DNA from: a virus
DNA length: 28,073 nucleotides
Direction: 5' to 3' (one strand)
IMG/VR virus record: IMGVR_UViG_3300021255_001591
Coordinates: 1 to 28,073 of that record
The translations under genes and the position numbers were made by a program. Positions 1 through 6,708 of this stretch are shown one piece after another (the stretch's first letter is position 1; the number at the start of each line of letters is the position of its first letter). The notes under the pieces are model-generated. The model made no database searches. It was not told the origin of the DNA and worked only from the letters and a program-made list of their open reading frames with translations.

Positions 1-107
1 CCCTGTTCATCTTCCAAGCGCTCAAAGCTCAGCCTATCGGCAAGGCTGTCCACCGCTTTTGTGCACCAACCGCTCACGGCTTGAAATTGTATTTGCAAGC
101 TTGTCGG
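1..107. repeat. Terminal direct repeat copy 1 (identical to 27967-28073); circularisation overlap
   Basis: ccctgttcatcttccaagcg...gcaagcttgtcgg occurs at both window ends, 107/107 identical by direct comparison. Confidence 0.95.
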
Positions 108-218
108 AACAGCATTTATGGAGTACCAACGATCATCTTTTTGTTCGTAGTATGTATATCTTGTCTTAACTCTGTTTCTCTTTATGGCAAGTTTCTTTTT
201 TAACGCATCTATCGGCAT
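1..218 (-). CDS. Portal protein, N-terminal segment (continues in frame from 26976-28073 across the circular junction)
   Basis: Minus-strand ATG at 218 is preceded by aaaagggg, 4 nt after the stop of 223-603. It opens MPIDALKKKLAIKRNRVKTRYTYYEQKDDRWYSINAVPTSLQIQFQAVSGW..., which is the start of track ORF 26976-28064. The joined gene is 1209 nt (402 aa). The TTG start at 28064 in the track is a window-edge artefact. Confidence 0.85.
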   Translation of the reverse strand, partial: MPIDALKKKLAIKRNRVKTRYTYYEQKDDRWYSINAVPTSLQIQFQAVSGWCTKAVDSLADRLSFERLEDEQ

Positions 219-222
219 TGTT

Positions 223-603
223 TCACCCCTTTTCGGGCATCGCCCACTCGGTTCCGTACTTGTCTGTTATCTGCTTGAAGTCTTCGTAATCATGGGGAAC
301 TATTTTTGAGTTTTCCCCAACGTGTAAAAGTTCATGTTCAAGTAATATTTCATATTGCTTTTGATTAAAATATTCACAATTCGGTGTGTAGATCACTATA
401 TAAAAATTTGCATCAATGAAAGTTTTATCTATTTCTTTGACCTTTATGCACTGCCCGAAAACTGTTTTTTTGCCGTTTCTTTTTGCTTTATCGCAAAGGA
501 GATACTTTATTTTTATATCCTTTTCCTTTATCCAGTTAAGCTCCGGCACCTCGGATATAACCTTTTCGGCAAGCTTTGTTATTTCCTTGCTTTCTGTGTA
601 CAT
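223..603 (-). CDS. Putative phage zinc metallopeptidase (HExxH motif)
   Basis: 126 aa from ATG at 603, overlapping the endolysin stop (TGATG). The HELLH motif lies in LLEHELLHVG. The first M in the track is a TTG. Confidence 0.6.
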   Translation of the reverse strand: MYTESKEITKLAEKVISEVPELNWIKEKDIKIKYLLCDKAKRNGKKTVFGQCIKVKEIDKTFIDANFYIVIYTPNCEYFNQKQYEILLEHELLHVGENSKIVPHDYEDFKQITDKYGTEWAMPEKG

Positions 604-1484
604 CAATCAAACAGTCCTTTCCGGTCAAGGGAAACATAAACCCGTAAAGTATCATAGGTAAGTGAAAGCCCTTTATCATCGCCTACGATAAAACCCTTTT
701 CTACAAGTTTTTGAACCGTTTCCTTACCCCACTCAGGGACTTCATCAAGGTTGCTGTACTTTTTGGGAGCGAGAGCCTGTACGACCGTGTCGATTTTTCT
801 GTCGACCATAGCCATCAGCTCATCATTCTGTAATTTGTTGTATTTATATATCATATTGTTACAAATCTTTTCCACTTCTGCCGTTGTCATATCATCACCC
901 CATTCGTAACAAATGTTCATATCAACATTGCCGTCTATGCCTTTTACTCTGCCTTTGCTTGTGTATTGCCATATTATTTCGCCACAATTTGGCTTGTAGT
1001 CAGCCCACACCGTACCGTCATTGCCACCGTAGGCGGCAAGCCAGAGTGGATAGCCCTTCACCCCTCGTAAATAGCTGTAGTAATAGTTAAAACCTGTATA
1101 AATACCCACTTCGTAGCCGTGAGCGTTCATAATGTTGGTAAATTCTTTGATGGCGTTTTTCGCATACCACCCCAAATACTCTTCTTCGACATCGTACCAA
1201 ACAGGACCCGTAATTTTGCCTTCACACCGCTCTATTTGTGTTATGGCGTGATACGCTTCCGAAACTGCTTCCTGTGTGGTCTGTGCGTAAGAGTATATAT
1301 ACGCTCCTACTTTTAATCCTGCATTATAAGCATTTTCCACATTTCGCACAAATGTATAATCGTTTTGGCTTTCAAAATTACAGCCATAGCCTAATTGGCA
1401 AATTACACCTGTGATCCCGTCTTTTTTTACAGCCTTAAAATCAATGTCGCCGTTGTGCTTACTTACATCAATTATCTTTTCCAT
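603..1484 (-). CDS. Endolysin, GH25 muramidase with C-terminal SLH-like cell-wall-binding segment
   Basis: N-terminus IIDVSKHNGDIDFKAVKKDGITGVI and WYDVEEE are typical GH25 signatures. SD gaggtgagg precedes the start. It sits directly downstream of the holin. The C-terminal DEVPEWGKETVQKLVEKGFIVGDDKG...LTYDTLR resembles an SLH motif. Confidence 0.85.
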   Translation of the reverse strand: MEKIIDVSKHNGDIDFKAVKKDGITGVICQLGYGCNFESQNDYTFVRNVENAYNAGLKVGAYIYSYAQTTQEAVSEAYHAITQIERCEGKITGPVWYDVEEEYLGWYAKNAIKEFTNIMNAHGYEVGIYTGFNYYYSYLRGVKGYPLWLAAYGGNDGTVWADYKPNCGEIIWQYTSKGRVKGIDGNVDMNICYEWGDDMTTAEVEKICNNMIYKYNKLQNDELMAMVDRKIDTVVQALAPKKYSNLDEVPEWGKETVQKLVEKGFIVGDDKGLSLTYDTLRVYVSLDRKGLFD

Positions 1485-1692
1485 CTTGCCTCACCTCGGG
1501 CAATCCCGCCAAGCTTGTTAACATCGATAGTATGCCCGAAAGCACGGCAGTTGATATAACGGTTTTCCAGTCAACAGCAGACATAAGAGCCGTTGTGCCT
1601 ATCATCGCAACTGCTGTCTGTGCCATTGTTTTAATTGCTCTTATCAGAGCGGCTTCAAACCACCGCTCAAAGTACGTGTTTAACTTATCCAT
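1468..1692 (-). CDS. Holin, phage phi LC3-type (Phage_holin_1-like)
   Basis: 74 aa. The IRAIKTMAQTAVAMIG...VDWKTV...LSMLTSLAGLPE pattern matches LC3/r1t-type holins. It has hydrophobic segments, an SD gagga, and overlaps the endolysin start. Confidence 0.8.
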   Translation of the reverse strand: MDKLNTYFERWFEAALIRAIKTMAQTAVAMIGTTALMSAVDWKTVISTAVLSGILSMLTSLAGLPEVRQDGKDN

Positions 1693-1921
1693 TTTCCAAA
1701 TCCTCGATTCTGTGATTTGCTACCGCTATTTTTTCGTCTATGACTTTTATATCTTGCTCTGCTTTATACATTCGGTCTATCAGGCTGTTATGTGATTGCA
1801 CTTTTTTCTCTAACTGTTCAAGCCGATACACGACCAGCTTATTGTTGAGCACCAAGCCCACAAAAGCACCGATACCCGAACCTATCAGCCCAACAAGAGC
1901 GGATATTATAGTTGTTGTCAT
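1685..1921 (-). CDS. Small membrane-anchored coiled-coil protein of the lysis cassette (holin accessory, XhlA-like role possible)
   Basis: 78 aa. N-terminal TM (IISALVGLIGSGIGAFVGLVL) is followed by a heptad-like coiled coil. It overlaps the holin start. Confidence 0.55.
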   Translation of the reverse strand: MTTTIISALVGLIGSGIGAFVGLVLNNKLVVYRLEQLEKKVQSHNSLIDRMYKAEQDIKVIDEKIAVANHRIEDLENG

Positions 1922-1935
1922 ACTATCTCACCGCC

Positions 1936-2109
1936 TCAGTAGCGCTTTACTTCAACACCAATTTCCTCTAAACTTTTCTTGTGTACCCAATGTCTACTCA
2001 TAAACGTTTCGTAGGTTTTATGATTAACCTCTTTTCCGTCATACTCACCGTAATATCTGCCGTTCTTGTATTCGACCGTACCCGTTATGCTGTCGTATTC
2101 AAATTTCAT
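1936..2109 (-). CDS. Hypothetical small protein (57 aa), below the ORF-track cutoff
   Basis: Hand translation gives MKFEYDSITGTVEYKNGRYYGEYDGKEVNHKTYETFMSRHWVHKKSLEEIGVEVKRY. A strong SD ggagga lies 6 nt upstream of the ATG at 2109. The ORF overlaps the RT stop by 11 nt and fills an otherwise empty gap. Confidence 0.5.
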   Translation of the reverse strand: MKFEYDSITGTVEYKNGRYYGEYDGKEVNHKTYETFMSRHWVHKKSLEEIGVEVKRY

Positions 2110-3133
2110 ATATATTCCTCCTATAAAAATTATCTATGTGTTGTATCTTTTTATAACAATTATATCTATTAATTAAACTTTGTCGCCAAGCTTTGTAATT
2201 ATTTGCTATTTCCTCAACACTCATAAAGCGTTTAAGTTTAAGCAGTTTGCATTTTTCTCTTTGAATAGCCTTTCTCTTTAGTGTCACAGTTATCTTGCCA
2301 CTTTTCGAAATGGTGTACTTCTTTTTCAAGAAAGTAAAGCCGTGCGAGAGCTTGACTATATGTGTTTTCTGTGCGTGAATATTCAACTTATTTTTTACAC
2401 ATACTTCTTTGAGTTCGCTATATAAATCTTTTAAAAAATCTTTTGACGAATGTATGATGTAAATGTCGTCCATATATCGCCCGTAATACTTACAACCTTT
2501 AACTGTTTTACAATAAGTGTCTACGGGGTTCGCATACAGTATTCCTATGGATTGCGATATAGGATTACCGATAGCTACAGACTTATCTCCGAAGCTATCA
2601 ATAATACTTTCAATAAAAACTTTGAGATTGTTGTCGCAATTTACATATTTGAATAACAAGTCCTTTGCCTGTTTATGGTCTACATTATCAAAATATTTAG
2701 CAAAGTCCATTTGGAGTATATAGCCGTCAGCTCCGTGGTGTCGGTAATACCGTCTTAGATGTTCCTTTAATCTATTTTCGGTAAATGTAACACCTTTGCC
2801 TTTCTGTGAAGCTCCGTTATCATATATTAAATACTTTTCTATGCTCGGCAAAATAACATTGTCATTTAAAGCACCATACACAACCCTATCTCTAATTGTG
2901 TTGGCTCTGATATGTCTTGTTTTGCCTCTTTCGTTTATATCAAATTCAAGACATTTATCAGCTTTATATAAACCGCTTTCGAGGTCGTTATGTATTTGCG
3001 TAAGATTTCTTAAAAGATTAAATTCAAAACGTTGTACACTTTCTTTCCATTGTACATCACGCTTGCATTTCAAAAATGAGCGATACAGCACATTAAGGTC
3101 ACTTATATCTTTGATAGTATGTATTTTGTTCAT
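2099..3133 (-). CDS. DGR-type reverse transcriptase
   Basis: 344 aa. It has the RT motifs YGRYMDDIYII (YxDD) and the DGR-diagnostic IGNPISQSIGILYANPVD (SQ in motif 4). No maturase or endonuclease domains are present. It sits immediately downstream of the TR. Confidence 0.9.
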   Translation of the reverse strand: MNKIHTIKDISDLNVLYRSFLKCKRDVQWKESVQRFEFNLLRNLTQIHNDLESGLYKADKCLEFDINERGKTRHIRANTIRDRVVYGALNDNVILPSIEKYLIYDNGASQKGKGVTFTENRLKEHLRRYYRHHGADGYILQMDFAKYFDNVDHKQAKDLLFKYVNCDNNLKVFIESIIDSFGDKSVAIGNPISQSIGILYANPVDTYCKTVKGCKYYGRYMDDIYIIHSSKDFLKDLYSELKEVCVKNKLNIHAQKTHIVKLSHGFTFLKKKYTISKSGKITVTLKRKAIQREKCKLLKLKRFMSVEEIANNYKAWRQSLINRYNCYKKIQHIDNFYRRNIYEI

Positions 3134-3250
3134 AGTGCATATCCGTAGATAATTGCATCAAAATACTTGTAATTTTACTCTTTCGAGACGGGGAAGTTCT
3201 CCTTTCCATACATTCTGCATCCGTAGACTTTTTTCAGACTTTTGGAAATC

Positions 3251-3339
3251 GGACGAACGCCATTGCTATTCGAAGCATTGTTGTTGTTGCAATTGCCGTT
3301 GTTGTTGACATTCGAGAAGCCGTTAGAATTGGCGACATT
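3251..3339 (-). repeat. DGR template repeat (TR)
   Basis: Ungapped 89-nt alignment to 3944-4032 shows 18 mismatches, all at + strand T (A in minus sense). It is non-coding, lying between the avd-like gene and the RT. In the VR frame it carries 14 AAY codons. Confidence 0.92.
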
Positions 3340-3345
3340 CAGAAC

Positions 3346-3879
3346 TTACCCAAATTGCTTTTTGATTTTATTATCTGCCTTTCGCCACGCACGGAGCAAG
3401 GCAATTTCTTTTTCCACAAGCTCCGTATAGCGTGTATATTTATTTATATCTACATTAACACAAAGGATTGATATTATATATTGCATTTCTTGTAACAAAC
3501 ATTCGCAAGAACAAATCGCTTTGTTTTGATAATTTCTTCTCTCGGTATATTCACTTTCATTGGTAACAAATATTGTATTTGCCGATGCGATGCTTTGTAT
3601 CAGCTCGCTAAGTAACCTAATTATGTTTTCTCGAAAGTGTTCAACAAGCCATTCAGGATATAAAGCCGTTAAGGTTTTGTTGAAACCGTATTTTTCACCC
3701 AAAGCATTAAATACAGCCCTATCTTCTTCCGTGAAGTTGGCTATTACTTTGTAATCCCTTATTTTTGCTTTTATTCCGAAGTCACGAAGCAACAACAATG
3801 TAAATTCACGCCTAAGTTTTACAGCGTGTATCAAAACTTCGAATTTGCTCTCGCCTCGCTTGTATTTAGGAACTGCCAT
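3346..3879 (-). CDS. avd: Accessory variability determinant (Avd)-like protein, unusually long
   Basis: 177 aa in the canonical avd position (target-avd-TR-RT). It is helical and basic, with the C-terminal helix and tail LVEKEIALLRAWRKADNKIKKQ. SD aaaggaag precedes the start. Confidence 0.6.
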   Translation of the reverse strand: MAVPKYKRGESKFEVLIHAVKLRREFTLLLLRDFGIKAKIRDYKVIANFTEEDRAVFNALGEKYGFNKTLTALYPEWLVEHFRENIIRLLSELIQSIASANTIFVTNESEYTERRNYQNKAICSCECLLQEMQYIISILCVNVDINKYTRYTELVEKEIALLRAWRKADNKIKKQFG

Positions 3880-3901
3880 AAATCTTCCTTTCTTTATTTA
3901 T

Positions 3902-3922
3902 CGCACCCTGTATAGGGGTGCG
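3902..3922 (-). promoter_or_regulatory. GC-rich hairpin just downstream of the VR and stop codon (candidate DGR target-recognition hairpin)
   Basis: cgcaccc / gggtgcg forms a 7-bp stem (3902-3908 with 3916-3922) and a 7-nt loop. No U-tract follows on the minus strand, so it is not a classical terminator. Confidence 0.55.
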
Positions 3923-3924
3923 GA

Positions 3925-4848
3925 TTAGCCGATGTATAGAAGCGGACGAACGCCATTGCTACCCGAAGCACCGCCGTCGTAGCAATCGCCGCCGTCGCCG
4001 ACATACGAGAAGCCGCCAGAATTGGCGACATCTTGAAGCCAATACCACTGCCTGCTACTTGTCGCACCTTTATAACCTCTATTGCATTGTATATAATCAG
4101 GTCTTAGTCTAAAAATCGGTAATTGTTTCCTTAACCCACCGTAATTGCATCCGTCATAACTATGGTTCCAGATGCTCTGCCCGTATACCTCCCGTTCCGT
4201 CATCAACTGTATTTTAAACTTATTATCGCCGTCCGCCCAATCATCTTCACTATACCAAGTATAATTACTCTCATAGTATTTCACATTACCTACGGAGTTT
4301 CTTGTGAAATCCGTGCTTGAGCAAATTGAATTATAGGGAGCGAAAATTCTGTCTACGCCGAAAACTTCCTCGAACGCATTAAGATATATTGGTAAAGTGG
4401 TGTTAGCCATTTCACTTGAATGATATCCGTTTTCCGCTGTGTTTGTTGCGTTCATTTTCGCTGTTGTTTTCAAACAATCTTTTGTGATAAGTGCTAAATG
4501 GTTTCTTTTCGCTCCGTCATACTCATCGTTTTCGCTATCCCAGATAATCATATCAGCACCGAATGAGTTTATACCCGCCACAAGCAGCTCAACCTGTTCT
4601 GCACCACCAAGAGAAGTGTTGATATTTACGGTTATCGTGTCGCCTACGTAAATATCCTCAAAATCCCCGCTTTGTACCTTGCTTAAAATTTGTGCTATGG
4701 TGTACTTGTCTGTCAGCTCTACACCGTCACGACATACGCTGTTGTGATTGAAGTTGCTTACCGCTTTGCTGTTTGCAATCGCTTTTATGCCCTCTGCTAT
4801 TGCTTGTCCTGTACTGTCTAAAATAATTGGTTTTGTAATTGTGCTCAT
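3925..4848 (-). CDS. DGR target (variable) protein with C-terminal VR, likely C-type-lectin/DUF1566-like ligand-binding fold
   Basis: 307 aa from the ATG at 4848, with SD ggagga 6 nt upstream. The ATG at 4854 has no spacer. The C-terminus ...WYWLQDVANSGGFSYVGDGGDCYDGGASGSNGVRPLLYIG contains the VR. Confidence 0.85.
   Translation of the reverse strand: MSTITKPIILDSTGQAIAEGIKAIANSKAVSNFNHNSVCRDGVELTDKYTIAQILSKVQSGDFEDIYVGDTITVNINTSLGGAEQVELLVAGINSFGADMIIWDSENDEYDGAKRNHLALITKDCLKTTAKMNATNTAENGYHSSEMANTTLPIYLNAFEEVFGVDRIFAPYNSICSSTDFTRNSVGNVKYYESNYTWYSEDDWADGDNKFKIQLMTEREVYGQSIWNHSYDGCNYGGLRKQLPIFRLRPDYIQCNRGYKGATSSRQWYWLQDVANSGGFSYVGDGGDCYDGGASGSNGVRPLLYIG
3944..4032 (-). repeat. DGR variable repeat (VR) at the 3' end of the target gene
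   Basis: This is the counterpart of the TR. 12 of the 14 TR AAY codons are replaced by D/G/Y codons. The 3'-proximal 18 nt (agcaatggcgttcgtccg in coding sense) are identical to the TR, making them a candidate IMH region. Confidence 0.92.
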
Positions 4849-4850
4849 AA

Positions 4851-5054
4851 TCATTCCTCCGTATATACTATATTTAGTGCGCCGTTAACTACTTTTAAGC
4901 CTAAGTCTTCTATCATATTGTTCACATAATCGATTGTTGCATAGTCGTTAAATCTTTGGTTTATCCCATTCAAGAGATCGACAATGTTGTGAGTTTGTCC
5001 GTCTTCTCCTATAAATCTTCCGGTATGCGGTACCATTTTGTCTATATCAGCCAT
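4851..5054 (-). CDS. Small protein (67 aa) carrying a conserved N-terminal module shared with the LRR protein 25537-26235; possible adaptor for the DGR target
   Basis: SD gaggagg precedes the start. The stop lies 2 nt before the target-gene ATG. The N-terminus MADIDKMVPHTGRFIGEDGQTHNIVDLL is 18/28 identical to the N-terminus of 25537-26235. Confidence 0.75.
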   Translation of the reverse strand: MADIDKMVPHTGRFIGEDGQTHNIVDLLNGINQRFNDYATIDYVNNMIEDLGLKVVNGALNIVYTEE

Positions 5055-5066
5055 TTTTATACCTCC

Positions 5067-6470
5067 TCAACATATTATTTTCTGTTTTTTCTTCTCTCTG
5101 GTGACGGTTGCCTGCCATGTTGCAAGCACAACGCTTTCCACCAAACTTATATCCACTCCCATAATCAATGAGTTGTAACCGAAGCCTCCGCCTTTTCCTA
5201 TGGCTCTATGTTCACAGTTGGTAACCGCTTTTGTAAGGGACGGTTGCCCACAATGTACAATTTGCTCTGCAAAAACTGCCTGTTCAAAGATAGAGCTTGC
5301 TGTCACAACTTCCGAGTATGTTACGTTGAAAAAGCCTTTTATTTTGTTTTCTTTGCAAATCTCGTCAAGCTGTGCTCCGATAGATCCGTCACACGCTATC
5401 GCTTTTACTTTCGGATTTTTAAAATATGGCAAAAGCCAAGCTAAACCTTGCCGTTGTGGTCTGCAATCTATCACTTCGGTAAAAATTTTCCCGTCTTTTG
5501 TTTTAGCAGCTATCGCCAGCGATGTATTGCCGGTATCCTTACCAAGTTTTACACCTAAAAATCTGTCATTCTCCAAAAGCGGAACCGTTTCAGCACGAAG
5601 CTTGTCCCAATCTCTTTGCGTAAATACTCCCTTTACGTTGTAATTGAGCCACAAACCGAGCCTTTGTTGGTTAAAATCAAGCTTATTTTTACCAAGCTCA
5701 TCCTCAACATTTCTTTCGGTAAAGAGATAGCCTAAAGAGGGATTGGTCTCATACCATAAATCTTTGTTTTCTGTGTCTTCCTGTTCCGTTACTCCCCACT
5801 CATACCACATAGAATTTCGGCTTTTGTTTTCTATCACGCTTCTTCGGTATGCTCCGAACACGGTGCCACGGCTTACCTGTGTATCGGGTGTCCCGATCAT
5901 GATCGTTTGTGGACTGCGGGAAGATGTAACGGTGTACTTAAGTGTGGTTTCTTGATCGTCTGTGTACTCTTGCGCTTCGTCAATGACAAGTAAATCATAG
6001 CCACGGCCTAATCCTCCCGTTGCGGTTCGCGTTCGGAAATTTATTTCGCCCTTAGTGCCGTTTATCTGTATTCTTTCGGCGCCTCGTTGTCGGGATAACT
6101 TGAAATCATCTTTTTCTTTAAACCCTAACTCTGTCAACAAGTTTACCATGTTTTCAAAAGAACCGTGTGCGGTATCTACCAAATGAGCGGTATGCAATAT
6201 ACTTTCCTCAAGAGCTATCGCCCCATATAATTCTCTTGCAGTAACCGCTTCCGTTTTCCCGTTTCGCCGTGGGACCGATCCGCCTATTTTGGTATGCACC
6301 CACAGCCCTTCATCGTTCACGGCAAGATAATCATATAAAATTCTTTCTTGCCACGGCAAAAGGCGCCTGCTTGTCTTGTTATATAGGTTTACCGCTTCAC
6401 CGCCTAAGGTCTTTTTATAATCAATTATTCTTTCGAGTGTCGGTTCTTGCCTGCCTTTCCTTTCCTCCAT
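5067..6470 (-). CDS. terL: Terminase large subunit
   Basis: 467 aa. It has a Walker A-like PRRNGKTE and a Walker B LLVIDEAQ, with a C-terminal nuclease-like region. It follows an HNH gene and a small DNA-binding gene. Confidence 0.9.
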   Translation of the reverse strand: MEERKGRQEPTLERIIDYKKTLGGEAVNLYNKTSRRLLPWQERILYDYLAVNDEGLWVHTKIGGSVPRRNGKTEAVTARELYGAIALEESILHTAHLVDTAHGSFENMVNLLTELGFKEKDDFKLSRQRGAERIQINGTKGEINFRTRTATGGLGRGYDLLVIDEAQEYTDDQETTLKYTVTSSRSPQTIMIGTPDTQVSRGTVFGAYRRSVIENKSRNSMWYEWGVTEQEDTENKDLWYETNPSLGYLFTERNVEDELGKNKLDFNQQRLGLWLNYNVKGVFTQRDWDKLRAETVPLLENDRFLGVKLGKDTGNTSLAIAAKTKDGKIFTEVIDCRPQRQGLAWLLPYFKNPKVKAIACDGSIGAQLDEICKENKIKGFFNVTYSEVVTASSIFEQAVFAEQIVHCGQPSLTKAVTNCEHRAIGKGGGFGYNSLIMGVDISLVESVVLATWQATVTREKKKQKIIC

Positions 6471-6474
6471 TCAA

Positions 6475-6708
6475 TCACATCCGTATTTCCGCCAACAAAT
6501 TATTTATTTTGGTTTTGGTACTTTCATTATCCTTTTCTCCCTCGCGCCTCATTTTTCGCTTAATCGAAGATCTGATTCTGTTACGCTGCGTGTAACCGCA
6601 GGCATCTCTTTTTTGCTTTCGCCCTTTTGCCATGCAAACTTTTGAGCAATATATTTGTCGGTTGGATTTGGGTTCAAAATCTTTTCCGCATATAGCACAT
6701 TTTTTCAT
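6475..6708 (-). CDS. Small basic zinc-ribbon protein in the terminase small-subunit position
   Basis: 77 aa with CAICGK...YCSKVC (a four-Cys zinc-ribbon arrangement) and a very basic C-terminal half. It lies 4 nt upstream of terL. The call is positional only. Confidence 0.4.
   Translation of the reverse strand: MKKCAICGKDFEPKSNRQIYCSKVCMAKGRKQKRDACGYTQRNRIRSSIKRKMRREGEKDNESTKTKINNLLAEIRM

Noticed and set aside
2099-3133. Alternative readings of the reverse transcriptase as a retron or group II intron RT
   Set aside because: There is no maturase (X) or endonuclease domain and no intron RNA domains. There are no msr/msd-like inverted repeats. The SQ motif, the adjacent TR with A-only divergence from a VR, and the avd-position gene all point to a DGR.
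3242-3430. 62-aa plus-strand ORF overlapping the TR
   Set aside because: It is an artefact of reading the complement of the AAY-rich template repeat (a Leu-rich translation). The TR functions as a non-coding RNA template.
5200-5643. 147-aa plus-strand ORF inside terL, and similar plus-strand ORFs at 6632-7048, 17531-17839, 18362-18733 and 19475-20698
   Set aside because: These are shadow ORFs opposite confidently identified structural and packaging genes. None has recognisable motifs or an RBS.
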